Source of the DNA: an uncultured Desulfatitalea sp.
GTDB taxonomy: Bacteria > Desulfobacterota > Desulfobacteria > Desulfobacterales > Desulfosarcinaceae
Reading direction: 5' to 3'
Length of the DNA: 64,000 bases
NCBI GenBank assembly: GCA_963668675.2
Contig: CAXXMB010000002.1
Location: 3,104,001-3,168,000, forward strand
In this document: positions 30,488 to 39,591 of the stretch, piece by piece
Position numbering within the stretch: the first letter of the stretch is position 1
How the letters are laid out: every line of letters starts with the position of its first letter
The notes under the pieces: generated by a model
Seen by the model: the letters and a program-made list of their open reading frames with translations, nothing else
Databases searched by the model: none
What the model was told of the DNA's origin: nothing
Position numbers and translations under genes: made by a program

Positions 30488-30529
30488 AGTGGTTTTCCTC
30501 CTGGTTTGGACTGTTTCGCCCGCGTTGTG

Positions 30530-31438
30530 CTAAACAATGATGTTGGCAATTTCGAAGAAGATTTCCTGTTCGCGCACCACACCAATAATCTTCTGGTGAT
30601 CGGTTACGATCAGCCGCCGAATGTTAGAGGTGAACATGATATTGGCCACCTCCATCAGGTTGAGGCCCTGATCGATGCAAAGCGGAGTGTCGGACATGAT
30701 CTCTTCCACCTTTTTATTGGCCAGTTGCTTTGCCTGGGTCGTAAACAGCCCCTCCCAGAACATGGCCGAATACTGCATGCTGTCGGCCGTGGAGGGTTTG
30801 GCCGCCGACAGATACTTGGGACGCAGCGCCCGGATGAGATCGGTGATGCAGACGATGCCGACCAGGGTCTCATCCTGGTCGTAGACCAGCAGTGAGCGAT
30901 GGCCGGTCTCCATGATGCGTCCGCTGGAGACAAATTTGTTGAAAGAGTCCATCAGGGTGGTGATGGCTTTGTGGACGGTATCGTCGGCCGATACTTTGGA
31001 GTAGTCGTCGACATGGATCATGATGTCGCGAATGGTCTTCTCCCGTCGCCGCCCGCTGGCACCTGACGCAAGGTCCATATAGGCTGCGGTGATTTTGGCG
31101 GTGAGGATATCGATATCGCACGGTTTGCTCAGGTAGTCATAGGCCTGCTGGGTCAGGGCTGCGCGGGCCGAGTTGGCCGAGCCGTGTCCGGTGAGCATGA
31201 TCACCTGCGTGTCGGGAAAGCGACTTTTGATTTTAGACAGCACCTGGTGGCCGTCGAGCCCCGGCATTTTGATGTCCAGCACCACCACGTCCTGCGGTTT
31301 GGTGTCCAGAATCCGGATCGCCTCCTCGCCGTCGCCGGCAATGGTGGTCTCAAAACCTCGATTGGAAAGTAGTCTGGCGGTGGTTTCCCGGAAGCGCTCT
31401 TCATCATCCACCATCAGTACGCGAATTTTCTCTGCCAT
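30530..31438 (-). CDS. Response regulator with C-terminal CBS pair (REC-CBS)
   Basis: REC motifs 'VDDE', 'LDIKMP', 'TGHG', 'KP'; CBS repeats 'IRDIM...LVGIV' and 'VEEIM...RRLIV...IIGVV'. Confidence 0.88.
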   Translation of the reverse strand: MAEKIRVLMVDDEERFRETTARLLSNRGFETTIAGDGEEAIRILDTKPQDVVVLDIKMPGLDGHQVLSKIKSRFPDTQVIMLTGHGSANSARAALTQQAYDYLSKPCDIDILTAKITAAYMDLASGASGRRREKTIRDIMIHVDDYSKVSADDTVHKAITTLMDSFNKFVSSGRIMETGHRSLLVYDQDETLVGIVCITDLIRALRPKYLSAAKPSTADSMQYSAMFWEGLFTTQAKQLANKKVEEIMSDTPLCIDQGLNLMEVANIMFTSNIRRLIVTDHQKIIGVVREQEIFFEIANIIV

Positions 31439-31455
31439 GTCATCCGTTCTCCTTC

Positions 31456-31911
31456 TTAAAGTGATTCTTCTTTGGAAAAGACCTCCATGGGGTGGCTGAT
31501 GATCCGATCGAACTTGGCTTTCTGGATTTTTTCCAGCATGGACGCCCGCTTGTCATAGGCCTCCATGATCTTCTGCTTCAGGACCGGAATATCACAGGGC
31601 TTGGTGAGGTAGTCGAAGGCCCCCAGTTTGAGGCCGTCGATGGCGCTCTCCATGGTGGCGTGTCCGGTGAGCATGAGAACTTCCACCAGGGGGTGGTCGG
31701 ATTTGATCCGGCGAAGTACTTCGATGCCGTCCATGCCGGGCATTTTGACGTCCAGTACGACGACATCGACGCGTTTTTTTTGCAGCGCTTCGAGGCCTTT
31801 TAGGCCGTCAACGGCTGTCAGCACATGATATCCCTCCTTCTCCAGCAGCGACTGGGTGGTTTTCAAGAAGCGCTGTTCGTCATCGATGATCAATACATGG
31901 GTGATCGCCAT
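31456..31911 (-). CDS. Stand-alone response regulator receiver
   Basis: 'IDDE', 'LDVKMPGMDG', 'TGH', 'KPC'; only a short helical tail. Confidence 0.92.
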   Translation of the reverse strand: MAITHVLIIDDEQRFLKTTQSLLEKEGYHVLTAVDGLKGLEALQKKRVDVVVLDVKMPGMDGIEVLRRIKSDHPLVEVLMLTGHATMESAIDGLKLGAFDYLTKPCDIPVLKQKIMEAYDKRASMLEKIQKAKFDRIISHPMEVFSKEESL

Positions 31912-31922
31912 AGTCTTCCTCC

Positions 31923-33647
31923 TTAGGAACCATCCTGTTGATGGATCGGGTTACATCGTTGCTTGTTGATCTCTTTGTCGATGGGCAGGCGGATGTGGAA
32001 TTCAGCCCCTGCCCCTGGTTCACTGGTCAGGGTGACCTCCCCGCCCAGCGATGTGATGATGCCATACACCGTGCTCAACCCCAGCCCCGTGCCCTGGCCC
32101 ACCGGTTTGGTTGTGTAGAAGGGGAGAAAAGCCTTCTCCATCTGCTCGGGTGAAAAACCGCACCCGTTGTCGGCGATGCGGATAAGAATGGCGCCGTTTT
32201 CCTCTCGGACTTCAACCCGGATTTCTGCAGCGGATCGGCCTTTGAGCGCATATATGGCGTTGTTGAACAGATTGAGAAACACTTGCTGCAACTGTGCGGG
32301 ATCGCTGGTGACGGCCGGCAGATCCGATTCGATCTCTTCGACGATGCGGATATTTTCGAGACGCGCCCGCTGGTCGACGAGCTGGACCATTTTGGGGATG
32401 AAGCGCTCCAGGGCGATCACCTCTTTGGTGCTCTCCTTCTTGCGGGCGAAATTGAGAAGCCCCTGGGTGATCTTGCTGCAACGGTCTATCTGAACCCCGA
32501 TTTCCCGGGTGGAATCTTTTAACTCGAATAGCTTTTCGTTTGCCGTTCCATCGGAGGCTGATTCGATGTCATCGGTCAACGACTGAATCATGGCCACTTC
32601 CGACTTCATCACCTGGAGTGGATTGTTGATCTCATGGGCGATGCCCGTGCTCATTTCTCCCACCTCGGCCAGTTTTCCGGCAAGGATCAGCTGGGTCTTC
32701 ATTTCGCGTCTCTCCAGATCGGCCCGTTTCAGCCGGGCGGCGACGTTGGAGGACATGAAGTAACCCATCAGCACCACCAGGGCGCCTCCACCCAGCAGGA
32801 GCAGGAAAGAGATCAACAGCGCCGTGGCCAGAAGCGCATAGGCATCATCGATCGATTGCCTGACGATAAGGAGCCAGCCTGTTTGCCGGATCGGTATGGA
32901 AGCGTAGAGGCGTCCGTCTCTCAATCCGCCATCCGCAAAGAATGTGGCAACGGCGCCGTCCGGGAGGGTGTAGCGCGAGAAATCGGCGTCGGACTCCATG
33001 ATGTGGCCGCCGGAGCGCCGCTGGGTCTGCAATACACCTTTCCGGTTGACGATATAGGCCTCTCCGGTTCGTCCGATGCGAATGCTCTCGACCAGGTCGT
33101 TGAAATGGTAGGTGTCGATAGTGGCGCGAAGGTACCAGGCCTTCGTTCGCTCTACTTTTTTCACGGCGATGATAAAGTGGGGGATCCTGCGGTAGCCCAG
33201 GAATTCGTCGGAGATAAACACATTCCGGTCCTGAACCGCCTTGAACCAGTCCGCCTCGGCATAGCTTCTTCCGGCCAGATCGAAAGGGCCGGCATAGGCA
33301 ATGTGGCGGCCTGTGGCGTCGAAGACGCCCAGGTCAAAAAAGGCTTTGGATTGGGATTGCAGGTTTTGGAGCACGGTTTCCAGTTTGGTGGCTGCGCTCA
33401 GCTCCTCAAGATTGAAGCTGGCTGTCGCAAACTGGAGAATGGTTGTCTTTTCCAGGAGGAATTGATCGATGAGATTGCGATGGTCCGTGGCGATGCGCAC
33501 CAACTCCGCTTTGACCTGTCGGCTGGAATAGGAGGTGAAAAAGTAGATGGTGGTTCCGTAGACCAGCATCAGAACGGTAAAAGGCAGTAGAAATACGCGG
33601 ACGATGAGCATTTTGCGTATGGTGCGTGTGTAGTAGTCCTCTTTCAA
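31923..33647 (-). CDS. Membrane sensor histidine kinase with Cache-like periplasmic domain (module A)
   Basis: Two TMs around 'YAGP...WF...RRIPHFIIA'; H-box 'GIAHEINNPL'; 'GTGLGL'; TTG start at 33647 with GGAG RBS. Confidence 0.9.
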   Translation of the reverse strand: MKEDYYTRTIRKMLIVRVFLLPFTVLMLVYGTTIYFFTSYSSRQVKAELVRIATDHRNLIDQFLLEKTTILQFATASFNLEELSAATKLETVLQNLQSQSKAFFDLGVFDATGRHIAYAGPFDLAGRSYAEADWFKAVQDRNVFISDEFLGYRRIPHFIIAVKKVERTKAWYLRATIDTYHFNDLVESIRIGRTGEAYIVNRKGVLQTQRRSGGHIMESDADFSRYTLPDGAVATFFADGGLRDGRLYASIPIRQTGWLLIVRQSIDDAYALLATALLISFLLLLGGGALVVLMGYFMSSNVAARLKRADLERREMKTQLILAGKLAEVGEMSTGIAHEINNPLQVMKSEVAMIQSLTDDIESASDGTANEKLFELKDSTREIGVQIDRCSKITQGLLNFARKKESTKEVIALERFIPKMVQLVDQRARLENIRIVEEIESDLPAVTSDPAQLQQVFLNLFNNAIYALKGRSAAEIRVEVREENGAILIRIADNGCGFSPEQMEKAFLPFYTTKPVGQGTGLGLSTVYGIITSLGGEVTLTSEPGAGAEFHIRLPIDKEINKQRCNPIHQQDGS

Positions 33648-33687
33648 ATCTCTTCTCCACGTGCGAGTTGAACCACCAAAATGCATC

Positions 33688-33703
33688 AGCAACGATGGTG
33701 CCA
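33688..33703 (-). promoter_or_regulatory. sigma54 promoter driving module A
   Basis: Minus strand TGGCAC-CATCG-TTGCT, near-consensus, about 40 bp upstream of the kinase start. Confidence 0.8.
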
Positions 33704-33791
33704 AACTCCATTGCAGGTGATAATGGCTGCTATCATCTTGAAATTTAATGAGAACAGAAGTGTTTCGGTCATCTGGCGCCCCCCACATCGG

Positions 33792-33886
33792 TGTCAGCCA
33801 TTTTTACGAGGTGTAATGGGTTTCGAGCGGGATGTGCTCAGAGGTGCGATATTAGCGTTTTATACATGCTGTAAAAAATATTGACA
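33792..33886. promoter_or_regulatory. Two candidate enhancer (UAS) sites, TGTCA-N7-TTAC(A/G)
   Basis: TGTCAGCCATTTTTACG (33792-33808) and TGTAAAAAATATTGACA (33870-33886, reverse complement TGTCAATATTTTTTACA) between divergent sigma54 promoters. Confidence 0.6.
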
Positions 33887-33958
33887 CATCTACTGCCGCT
33901 GTGCTGATATGCGGAAGCATTAGAGTTTGAATTTAAAGGAAATATTTTAATGGTTCGA

Positions 33959-33974
33959 TGGCGCAGAGGTTGCA
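33959..33974 (+). promoter_or_regulatory. sigma54 promoter of the kinase/NtrC-type activator operon
   Basis: TGGCGC-AGAGG-TTGCA with GG-N10-GC spacing, preceded by an AT-rich tract. Confidence 0.7.
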
Positions 33975-34141
33975 GCTTAAACGGATTCAATGGCCGGTGC
34001 CGGAAGCCCGTTGCGACGCCGGGCAAACAGCTTCTCAGATGCGGGTCGGCAGGTCGCCGGTAGCGGCTGAGCCCGGATCACTTACAATGGCCCAAAACGG
34101 TGTCGAAGACACCCCGGACAAAAGGAGCGTTTCGAGGCAGC

Positions 34142-35611
34142 ATGCAAATGTGGCGAGCTTTTAACCTGAGGACACGGATCTACTTGTTATTGACCGCGCT
34201 GGTCGTGATCGCCCTTTCCAGCGGTGGGGTAATGCTGTGGTACACCTACCGCATCCAGGGGCTCTTCGACGGGATAATCGATCACAGCATGGCGTCTTTC
34301 GAATCGGCCGCAGCGCTTGAAGTGGCGCTGGTCAAGCAAAAGGGGTTTGTCACCTATTACTTCACGGATGGCGATACGAAATGGCTTCGCCAGTATGACG
34401 CGCAGCGCCATATTTTCCAGAAACAGTTGAACCATGCCCAACAGATGGCACGCAACACCCCGCAGGAAGCCGGCATCAAGCAGATTGCCGAACGGTACGG
34501 CGAGTACATCGAAATGAAGGATCGCGTGATTGGGTATTACCGGCGTGGCGAACGTGAAATCGGCGCCGAGCTGCACCGCTCCGTGCGTCAACTTTTCTTC
34601 GATATGATCGAACTGTGCGAAGCTTACAAGCTGCAACATCTGGCCCGAATCAAGGAGGCCCGCGGCGAGGTGGCCGACGGCGCCGGGCGGCTGCGTTTCG
34701 TGACGGCCGCCACCCTCTCGATCCACATGATCCTGGTGGTCGGCCTGGGGCTGCTGCTGGTGCACCAAATCCTAGTGCCGGTTTGGGAGATGCTGAAAAG
34801 TACGGCACGGAATCACACGCCCGACCCTTCCGAAAACATAGTGAACGCCCTGGGGCGCAACATCAACGATCTTCTGATGAACGTGGAGCAGGTTCATCAG
34901 GAGCTGGAGAAGAGCCGTGAAAATCTGCTTCAGGCCAAGAAGATGGCCATGGTGGGAAGATTGGCAGCCGGCATGGCCCACAGCATTCGCAACCCGTTCA
35001 CCTCGGTCAAGATGCGTCTCTTCTCTCTCGGGCGTTCGCTCGAGATGGACGTCGACCAAAAAGAGGATTTCGAGGTGATCTCCCACGAGATTCGTCACAT
35101 CGATACGATCGTTCAGAATTTCCTGGAGTTTTCCCGTCCCCCCAAACTGGTCATGCAGCCGATCAGCCCGTCGCTTATTGTCGATAATGCGCTTCAACTG
35201 CTCTCCCATCGGCTCGACTCCTATGGCGTGGATGTCGAAGTGATACGGTCCGACCCTCTGCCGGAGGTCATGGCCGATCCGGAGCAGCTCAAGGAGGTGC
35301 TCGTCAATCTGATCATCAATGCGTGCGAGGAGATGAGAGGCGGGGGCACCATCACCATCAACGAATACGTGCACAACGCAGATGGTGGTGAATGCGCCGT
35401 GTTGACCATCTCCGACAACGGTCCCGGTGTGCCGCCTGACAATGTGGAGAACATTTTTCAACCCTTTTTTACCACCAAGGATGAAGGCACCGGGCTTGGG
35501 TTGAGCATCGCCAAACGCATCGTCGCCGAGCACGGCGGCTCCCTGGACCTGGATACGGAAGATACGGTCGGTGCGACCTTTATGATTCACCTGCCGGTAA
35601 AGGAGCCCTGA
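34142..35611 (+). CDS. Sensor histidine kinase with helical (four-helix-bundle-like) periplasmic domain
   Basis: Two TMs, H-box 'GMAHSIRNPF', N-box 'NLIINA', 'DNGPG', 'GTGLGL'; start 34142 or 34148. Confidence 0.9.
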   Translation: MQMWRAFNLRTRIYLLLTALVVIALSSGGVMLWYTYRIQGLFDGIIDHSMASFESAAALEVALVKQKGFVTYYFTDGDTKWLRQYDAQRHIFQKQLNHAQQMARNTPQEAGIKQIAERYGEYIEMKDRVIGYYRRGEREIGAELHRSVRQLFFDMIELCEAYKLQHLARIKEARGEVADGAGRLRFVTAATLSIHMILVVGLGLLLVHQILVPVWEMLKSTARNHTPDPSENIVNALGRNINDLLMNVEQVHQELEKSRENLLQAKKMAMVGRLAAGMAHSIRNPFTSVKMRLFSLGRSLEMDVDQKEDFEVISHEIRHIDTIVQNFLEFSRPPKLVMQPISPSLIVDNALQLLSHRLDSYGVDVEVIRSDPLPEVMADPEQLKEVLVNLIINACEEMRGGGTITINEYVHNADGGECAVLTISDNGPGVPPDNVENIFQPFFTTKDEGTGLGLSIAKRIVAEHGGSLDLDTEDTVGATFMIHLPVKEP

Positions 35612-35612
35612 T

Positions 35613-37049
35613 ATGAATACCATCCTGGTCATCGATGATGACGACCAACTGCGCAAAAGCTTCGAAAAACTGCTCACCGAAGAGGGTTACCGTGTGCGCA
35701 GTGCCGCCTCGGGAGAGGCCGGCATTCAATCGGTTGAAGAGCAGTGCCCCGATTTGACCATTCTGGATATTCGTCTTCCCGGCATGAACGGCCTGGAGGT
35801 TTTCGAGCGGTTGCATGCGATGGAACCCAAGATGCCGGTCATCATCATGACCGCTTTCGGAACGACCGAGACAGCCATCAAGGCCACCAAGATGGGGGCT
35901 TTCGACTATGTCCTCAAACCGTTCGACATCCCCAGCATGCTCAACACCATCCAGCAGGCGCTCAGTGCCGGACGCTTCATGCGGTCGCCCGTGCACCTGG
36001 ACAGCCTCCCCGACAAAGCCGACCGGGATGCCATGATCGGCAAAAGTCCGGCCATGCAGGAGGTGTACAAGGCCATCGGCCGGGTCGCTGCCACCGATGC
36101 GACGGTGCTGATTCGCGGTGACTCGGGAACGGGCAAGGAGTTGGCGGCCAGGGCGATCTATCAATACAGCCAGCGCGCCAACCGCCCCTTTCTGGTGATC
36201 AACTGCGTGGCGATCCCTGACACGCTGTTGGAGAGTGAACTGTTCGGCTATGAGAAGGGCGCCTTTACCGGTGCTGCCCACCGGCGTATCGGAAAGATCG
36301 AACAGGCCAACGGTGGCACCATTTTCCTGGATGAGATCGGCGACATGCCCATCAATCTGCAGGCCAAGATTCTGCGATTGCTGCAGGAGCGCTGCATCGA
36401 ACGGCTGGGAGGGCGCGAAACCATTACGGTGGATGTCCGCATTGTAGCGGCCACCAATCGCAATCTGGAGCAGATGATTACCGCCGGCCAATTCCGGGAG
36501 GATCTATACTACCGTCTGAAGGTGATCACCATCTGGCTGCCGCCGTTGAGCCAGCGCATCGATGACATAGAGGCCCTCGCCGGGTATCATCTCTCCAAGC
36601 ATGCCGCCGAATTGGGGCTCGATGCGCCGCCGCTGACCAAAGAGGCCTTGGCTGCCCTACGGCAGCTGCCATGGCCGGGAAATGTGCGCGAACTCTCCAA
36701 CACCCTGCAAAAGGCGTTGATCTTCAACCGTGGTGCGCCCCTGCGTCAGGAGGATATCCTCAATGCAGTTCGGGAAGATCAAGCCAAAACACGGATGAGC
36801 GGCTTTGAGAGTTATGAGGCGTGCATGCGCCAGTGGATGCGTGAGGAGCTGCAAAGTCATCAGGGCGAGCATCTGTTCGAAGCGGCCACCGACCGATTTG
36901 CTGCATTGCTGATTCAGGAGGCGCTCAACCATACCGACGGCAACCGGTCCCGTGCCGCGAAGCTGTTGGGGATCACCCGCCCCACCTTGCATGCCAAGAT
37001 CGATAAGTACAACCTCTCCTTCAAAACCTCCGTGGCCCAGCCCGAATGA
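35613..37049 (+). CDS. NtrC-family sigma54-dependent response regulator (EBP1)
   Basis: REC, 'GDSGTGKE', 'GAFTGA', 'LDEIGD', 'WPGNVREL', Fis-type HTH 'GNRSRAAKLLGITRPTL'. Confidence 0.95.
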   Translation: MNTILVIDDDDQLRKSFEKLLTEEGYRVRSAASGEAGIQSVEEQCPDLTILDIRLPGMNGLEVFERLHAMEPKMPVIIMTAFGTTETAIKATKMGAFDYVLKPFDIPSMLNTIQQALSAGRFMRSPVHLDSLPDKADRDAMIGKSPAMQEVYKAIGRVAATDATVLIRGDSGTGKELAARAIYQYSQRANRPFLVINCVAIPDTLLESELFGYEKGAFTGAAHRRIGKIEQANGGTIFLDEIGDMPINLQAKILRLLQERCIERLGGRETITVDVRIVAATNRNLEQMITAGQFREDLYYRLKVITIWLPPLSQRIDDIEALAGYHLSKHAAELGLDAPPLTKEALAALRQLPWPGNVRELSNTLQKALIFNRGAPLRQEDILNAVREDQAKTRMSGFESYEACMRQWMREELQSHQGEHLFEAATDRFAALLIQEALNHTDGNRSRAAKLLGITRPTLHAKIDKYNLSFKTSVAQPE

Positions 37050-37058
37050 CCCTCCGGG

Positions 37059-37103
37059 GACGGCCTGGGCGAATGCCGGTGTGCATCTGCCCAGGCCGTC
37101 TTT
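37059..37103 (+). terminator. Putative intrinsic terminator after EBP1
   Basis: 12-bp stem GACGGCCTGGGC/GCCCAGGCCGTC followed by a T-rich tract. Confidence 0.55.
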
Positions 37104-37176
37104 GTCAGTTTTTTTTACATTTTGACAAGCCCTTTCAAATGCGCTGCCGGATCCCTTTCCTGTCATTCGTCTGACA
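37103..37176. promoter_or_regulatory. Candidate UAS sites upstream of module B
   Basis: TGTCAGTTTTTTTTACA (37103-37119), same pattern as 33792 and 33870, plus palindrome TGTCA-N6-TGACA (37161-37176). Confidence 0.6.
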
Positions 37177-37232
37177 CGACACAATAGTGTAGTAAATCGA
37201 ACATCTTAGCGATTTTGCATCTTCATAAAAGG

Positions 37233-37248
37233 TGGCACAGCCGTTGCT
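37233..37248 (+). promoter_or_regulatory. sigma54 promoter driving module B
   Basis: TGGCAC-AGCCG-TTGCT, near-consensus, about 70 bp upstream of the USP gene. Confidence 0.8.
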
Positions 37249-37320
37249 CTGTTTATAAACGGTTCCGGAAGTCCATTTTTTCATGCACGCAGATAACTTT
37301 TTAATAAGAGGAGAAGGCCC

Positions 37321-37788
37321 ATGCAAAAAGTGAAGAAGATTTTGGTGGCGGTGGACTTGTCGGAGTACTCTTTGCCCTCTGTACAATTTGCCTGTCAACT
37401 GGCCCAGGCCTTGGAAGCGAAAATTATACTGGTGAACGTCTATAACCAGCGCGACATCACTGCAATCAAAACCTCTACCGACGCCTATTACGACCCAGGC
37501 TTTTTCGAAAAGGTGATGGAGGAGAGCAAGGTGTACCGCCGCACTGAGATGGATCAACTGGTAGAAAAGGCCGATGCCCAGGAGCTGGTGATCGGAAGGG
37601 TGCTTCGCGTGGGTGTGCCTTACCAGGAGTTGCTGGCTGTGATCGAGGAAGATAAGCCTGACTTGCTGGTCATGGGAACCAAGGGGCGCAGCAATCTGGC
37701 CGACACGATTATCGGGTCGTGTGCGCGCAAGATGTTTCGCAAAAGTCCCATACCGTTTTTAAGTCTCCCGCCGAAGTCGACACAATAG
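37321..37788 (+). CDS. Universal stress protein (single domain)
   Basis: 'KILVAVDLS', 'DLLVMGTKGRS...IIGS'. Confidence 0.92.
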   Translation: MQKVKKILVAVDLSEYSLPSVQFACQLAQALEAKIILVNVYNQRDITAIKTSTDAYYDPGFFEKVMEESKVYRRTEMDQLVEKADAQELVIGRVLRVGVPYQELLAVIEEDKPDLLVMGTKGRSNLADTIIGSCARKMFRKSPIPFLSLPPKSTQ

Positions 37789-37893
37789 GTGCGAAGGTCC
37801 CATCGCGCCATCCTTTGAGTCGCTGGGCAAGGGCGGAGACGATGTGACACCACAAAAGGGGGCGGGGATTTTTCCGCGCCAGAAGGTGAAAGC

Positions 37894-38577
37894 ATGTTGA
37901 TAAAAAATTGGATGAGTCGTTCGGTTGTCACCATCGCACCTACGGGCACTCTTCAGATGGCCAGGGATCTCATGGATCGAAACGAGATCCGTGCATTGCC
38001 GGTGGTCGATGGAGAGACGCTTGTCGGTCTGGTTACCGATCGGGCGTTGAAACGCGCCGAAGCATCGGATGCAACCAGTCTCGACACATATGAACTGGGG
38101 TATCTGCTGCAGAAGGTGGAGGTGAAGACGATCATGGTCCAGGATCCTCCCACACTCTCCTTTGATGCGACCCTGGCAGAGGCGGCGGAGCTCTTTCTTG
38201 AGCAAAAGCTGGAGGCGGCCCCGGTAATGGCCGCCGAGGAACAATTGGTGGGTGTTGTGACCAGCACGGATCTGGAGCGGGCTATTTTGAAAATAACCTC
38301 TTCTGGTCGAAGGGGCGTGCATTTCGGCATCCGCGTGACCGACACGCCTGGTCGGATCATGGATGTGATCGGTGCTGTTCGCAATGTGCGTGCGAGGTTG
38401 GCCAGCCTGATTACGACCGATGCGCCGAAAGAGGGCGGTGATCGGGAGGCCTATCTGCATATCTACCAGTTGAACCGATCGGCCTTCCCCGATTTGAAGG
38501 AACGGCTCGAAAAGTTGGGTACACTGCTCTACTGGGTCGACCTGAAAACGGGTGAGCGCCAACTGCTGAATCGATAA
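37894..38577 (+). CDS. CBS-pair + ACT domain protein (AcuB-like)
   Basis: 'MLIKNWMSR', 'LPVVD...LVGLVTDR', 'ATSL', second CBS, ACT-like 'DTPG' C-terminus. Confidence 0.85.
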   Translation: MLIKNWMSRSVVTIAPTGTLQMARDLMDRNEIRALPVVDGETLVGLVTDRALKRAEASDATSLDTYELGYLLQKVEVKTIMVQDPPTLSFDATLAEAAELFLEQKLEAAPVMAAEEQLVGVVTSTDLERAILKITSSGRRGVHFGIRVTDTPGRIMDVIGAVRNVRARLASLITTDAPKEGGDREAYLHIYQLNRSAFPDLKERLEKLGTLLYWVDLKTGERQLLNR

Positions 38578-38586
38578 GGGGGGGAA

Positions 38587-39519
38587 ATGGATCCACATGC
38601 AATCAACAAGGTTCTGGTGGCCATTGACGGATCGGATCGCTCTCTACGAACGGTGAAGTATATCGCCGGGTTGAAGGGACTCGTCAATGCGGAGATCCAT
38701 CTGTTCCATGTCTTCCAGCACATTCCGGAGAGCCATTACGATCTGGCCAGGGAGCCTTCGAGTATCAGGATGCTGGGAAGCATGGTCGGTTGGGAGCAGC
38801 ATCAGCGCCACCAGATCGAAAACCATATGAAGAAGTGCCGGGATATTCTTCTCGCAGCTGATTTCGACCCCCAACGGGTCAAAGAGATGATCGCCAAGCG
38901 CCGGCAGGGCGTTGCCAGGGATATTATTGCCGCCGCACAAGAAGGCTACGACGCGGTTTTTATCAGGCGCCGCGGTATGACAGCCTTGGCCGGTGTCGTG
39001 ATGGGCAGCGTTGCCTTTAAATTGCTCGATGGTATTCACCAGGCCCCTTTGGTGTTTGCCGGCCGCAAACCTGACAATCGACGGATTCTCATCGGTATGG
39101 ACTTGTCGGAAAATGCCCTTCGCGCAGTGGCTTTCGTTGGCCGCATGACCCGAGGGACGGGCTGCAAGGTTGCCCTTGCTGCCGTTATGCGACGGGACCA
39201 GTTTCCAGGAGAGGATGACGGTTCCGAAGAGAATGCGGGGGCGAAGACCGATTTCGGGAGAGCCATTACCGATGCCTTTGAAAAGGCCAGGGTGTGCCTG
39301 AGCTCTTATGGATTCGACCCGGAGAGTGTGGCGAGTGAGCTCATCACCGGCGCACAAAGCCGCGCCGGGGCACTGGTGGAGCTGGCCGAGAAAGGCGAGT
39401 ATCACACCGTCGTCATCGGCCGCAAAGGCGTTTCAAGTCTGGATGAATTTCTCATCGGCCGGGTCAGCCGAAAGATCCTATACGTCGGCAGAAAGCACCA
39501 CGTATGGATCGTCGATTGA
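38587..39519 (+). CDS. Tandem-domain universal stress protein
   Basis: 'VLVAIDGS...MGSVA' and 'ILIGMDLS...VIGRKG...IGRVS'. Confidence 0.88.
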   Translation: MDPHAINKVLVAIDGSDRSLRTVKYIAGLKGLVNAEIHLFHVFQHIPESHYDLAREPSSIRMLGSMVGWEQHQRHQIENHMKKCRDILLAADFDPQRVKEMIAKRRQGVARDIIAAAQEGYDAVFIRRRGMTALAGVVMGSVAFKLLDGIHQAPLVFAGRKPDNRRILIGMDLSENALRAVAFVGRMTRGTGCKVALAAVMRRDQFPGEDDGSEENAGAKTDFGRAITDAFEKARVCLSSYGFDPESVASELITGAQSRAGALVELAEKGEYHTVVIGRKGVSSLDEFLIGRVSRKILYVGRKHHVWIVD

Positions 39520-39591
39520 TCCCTTTGGTCGATTTTATTCTTGGGGTTCATGGATTGTGAAAAACGTCTTCTAAGGGAAGGGAAGTGGCTC

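Noticed and set aside
33648..33788. N-terminal extensions in ORF-track calls for the kinase (33788), REC-DASS (42185), DASS (46872), rlpA (18506) and REC (40001)
   Set aside because: They overlap promoters, repeats or neighbouring genes; downstream starts fit RBS position or domain boundaries better
34021..34075. Resemblance to a c-di-GMP-I riboswitch (GGGCAAAC...GGTAGCGG) in the kinase leader
   Set aside because: Lacks the GAAA-tetraloop stem and the GACGCAAAGC core; would need an Infernal hit
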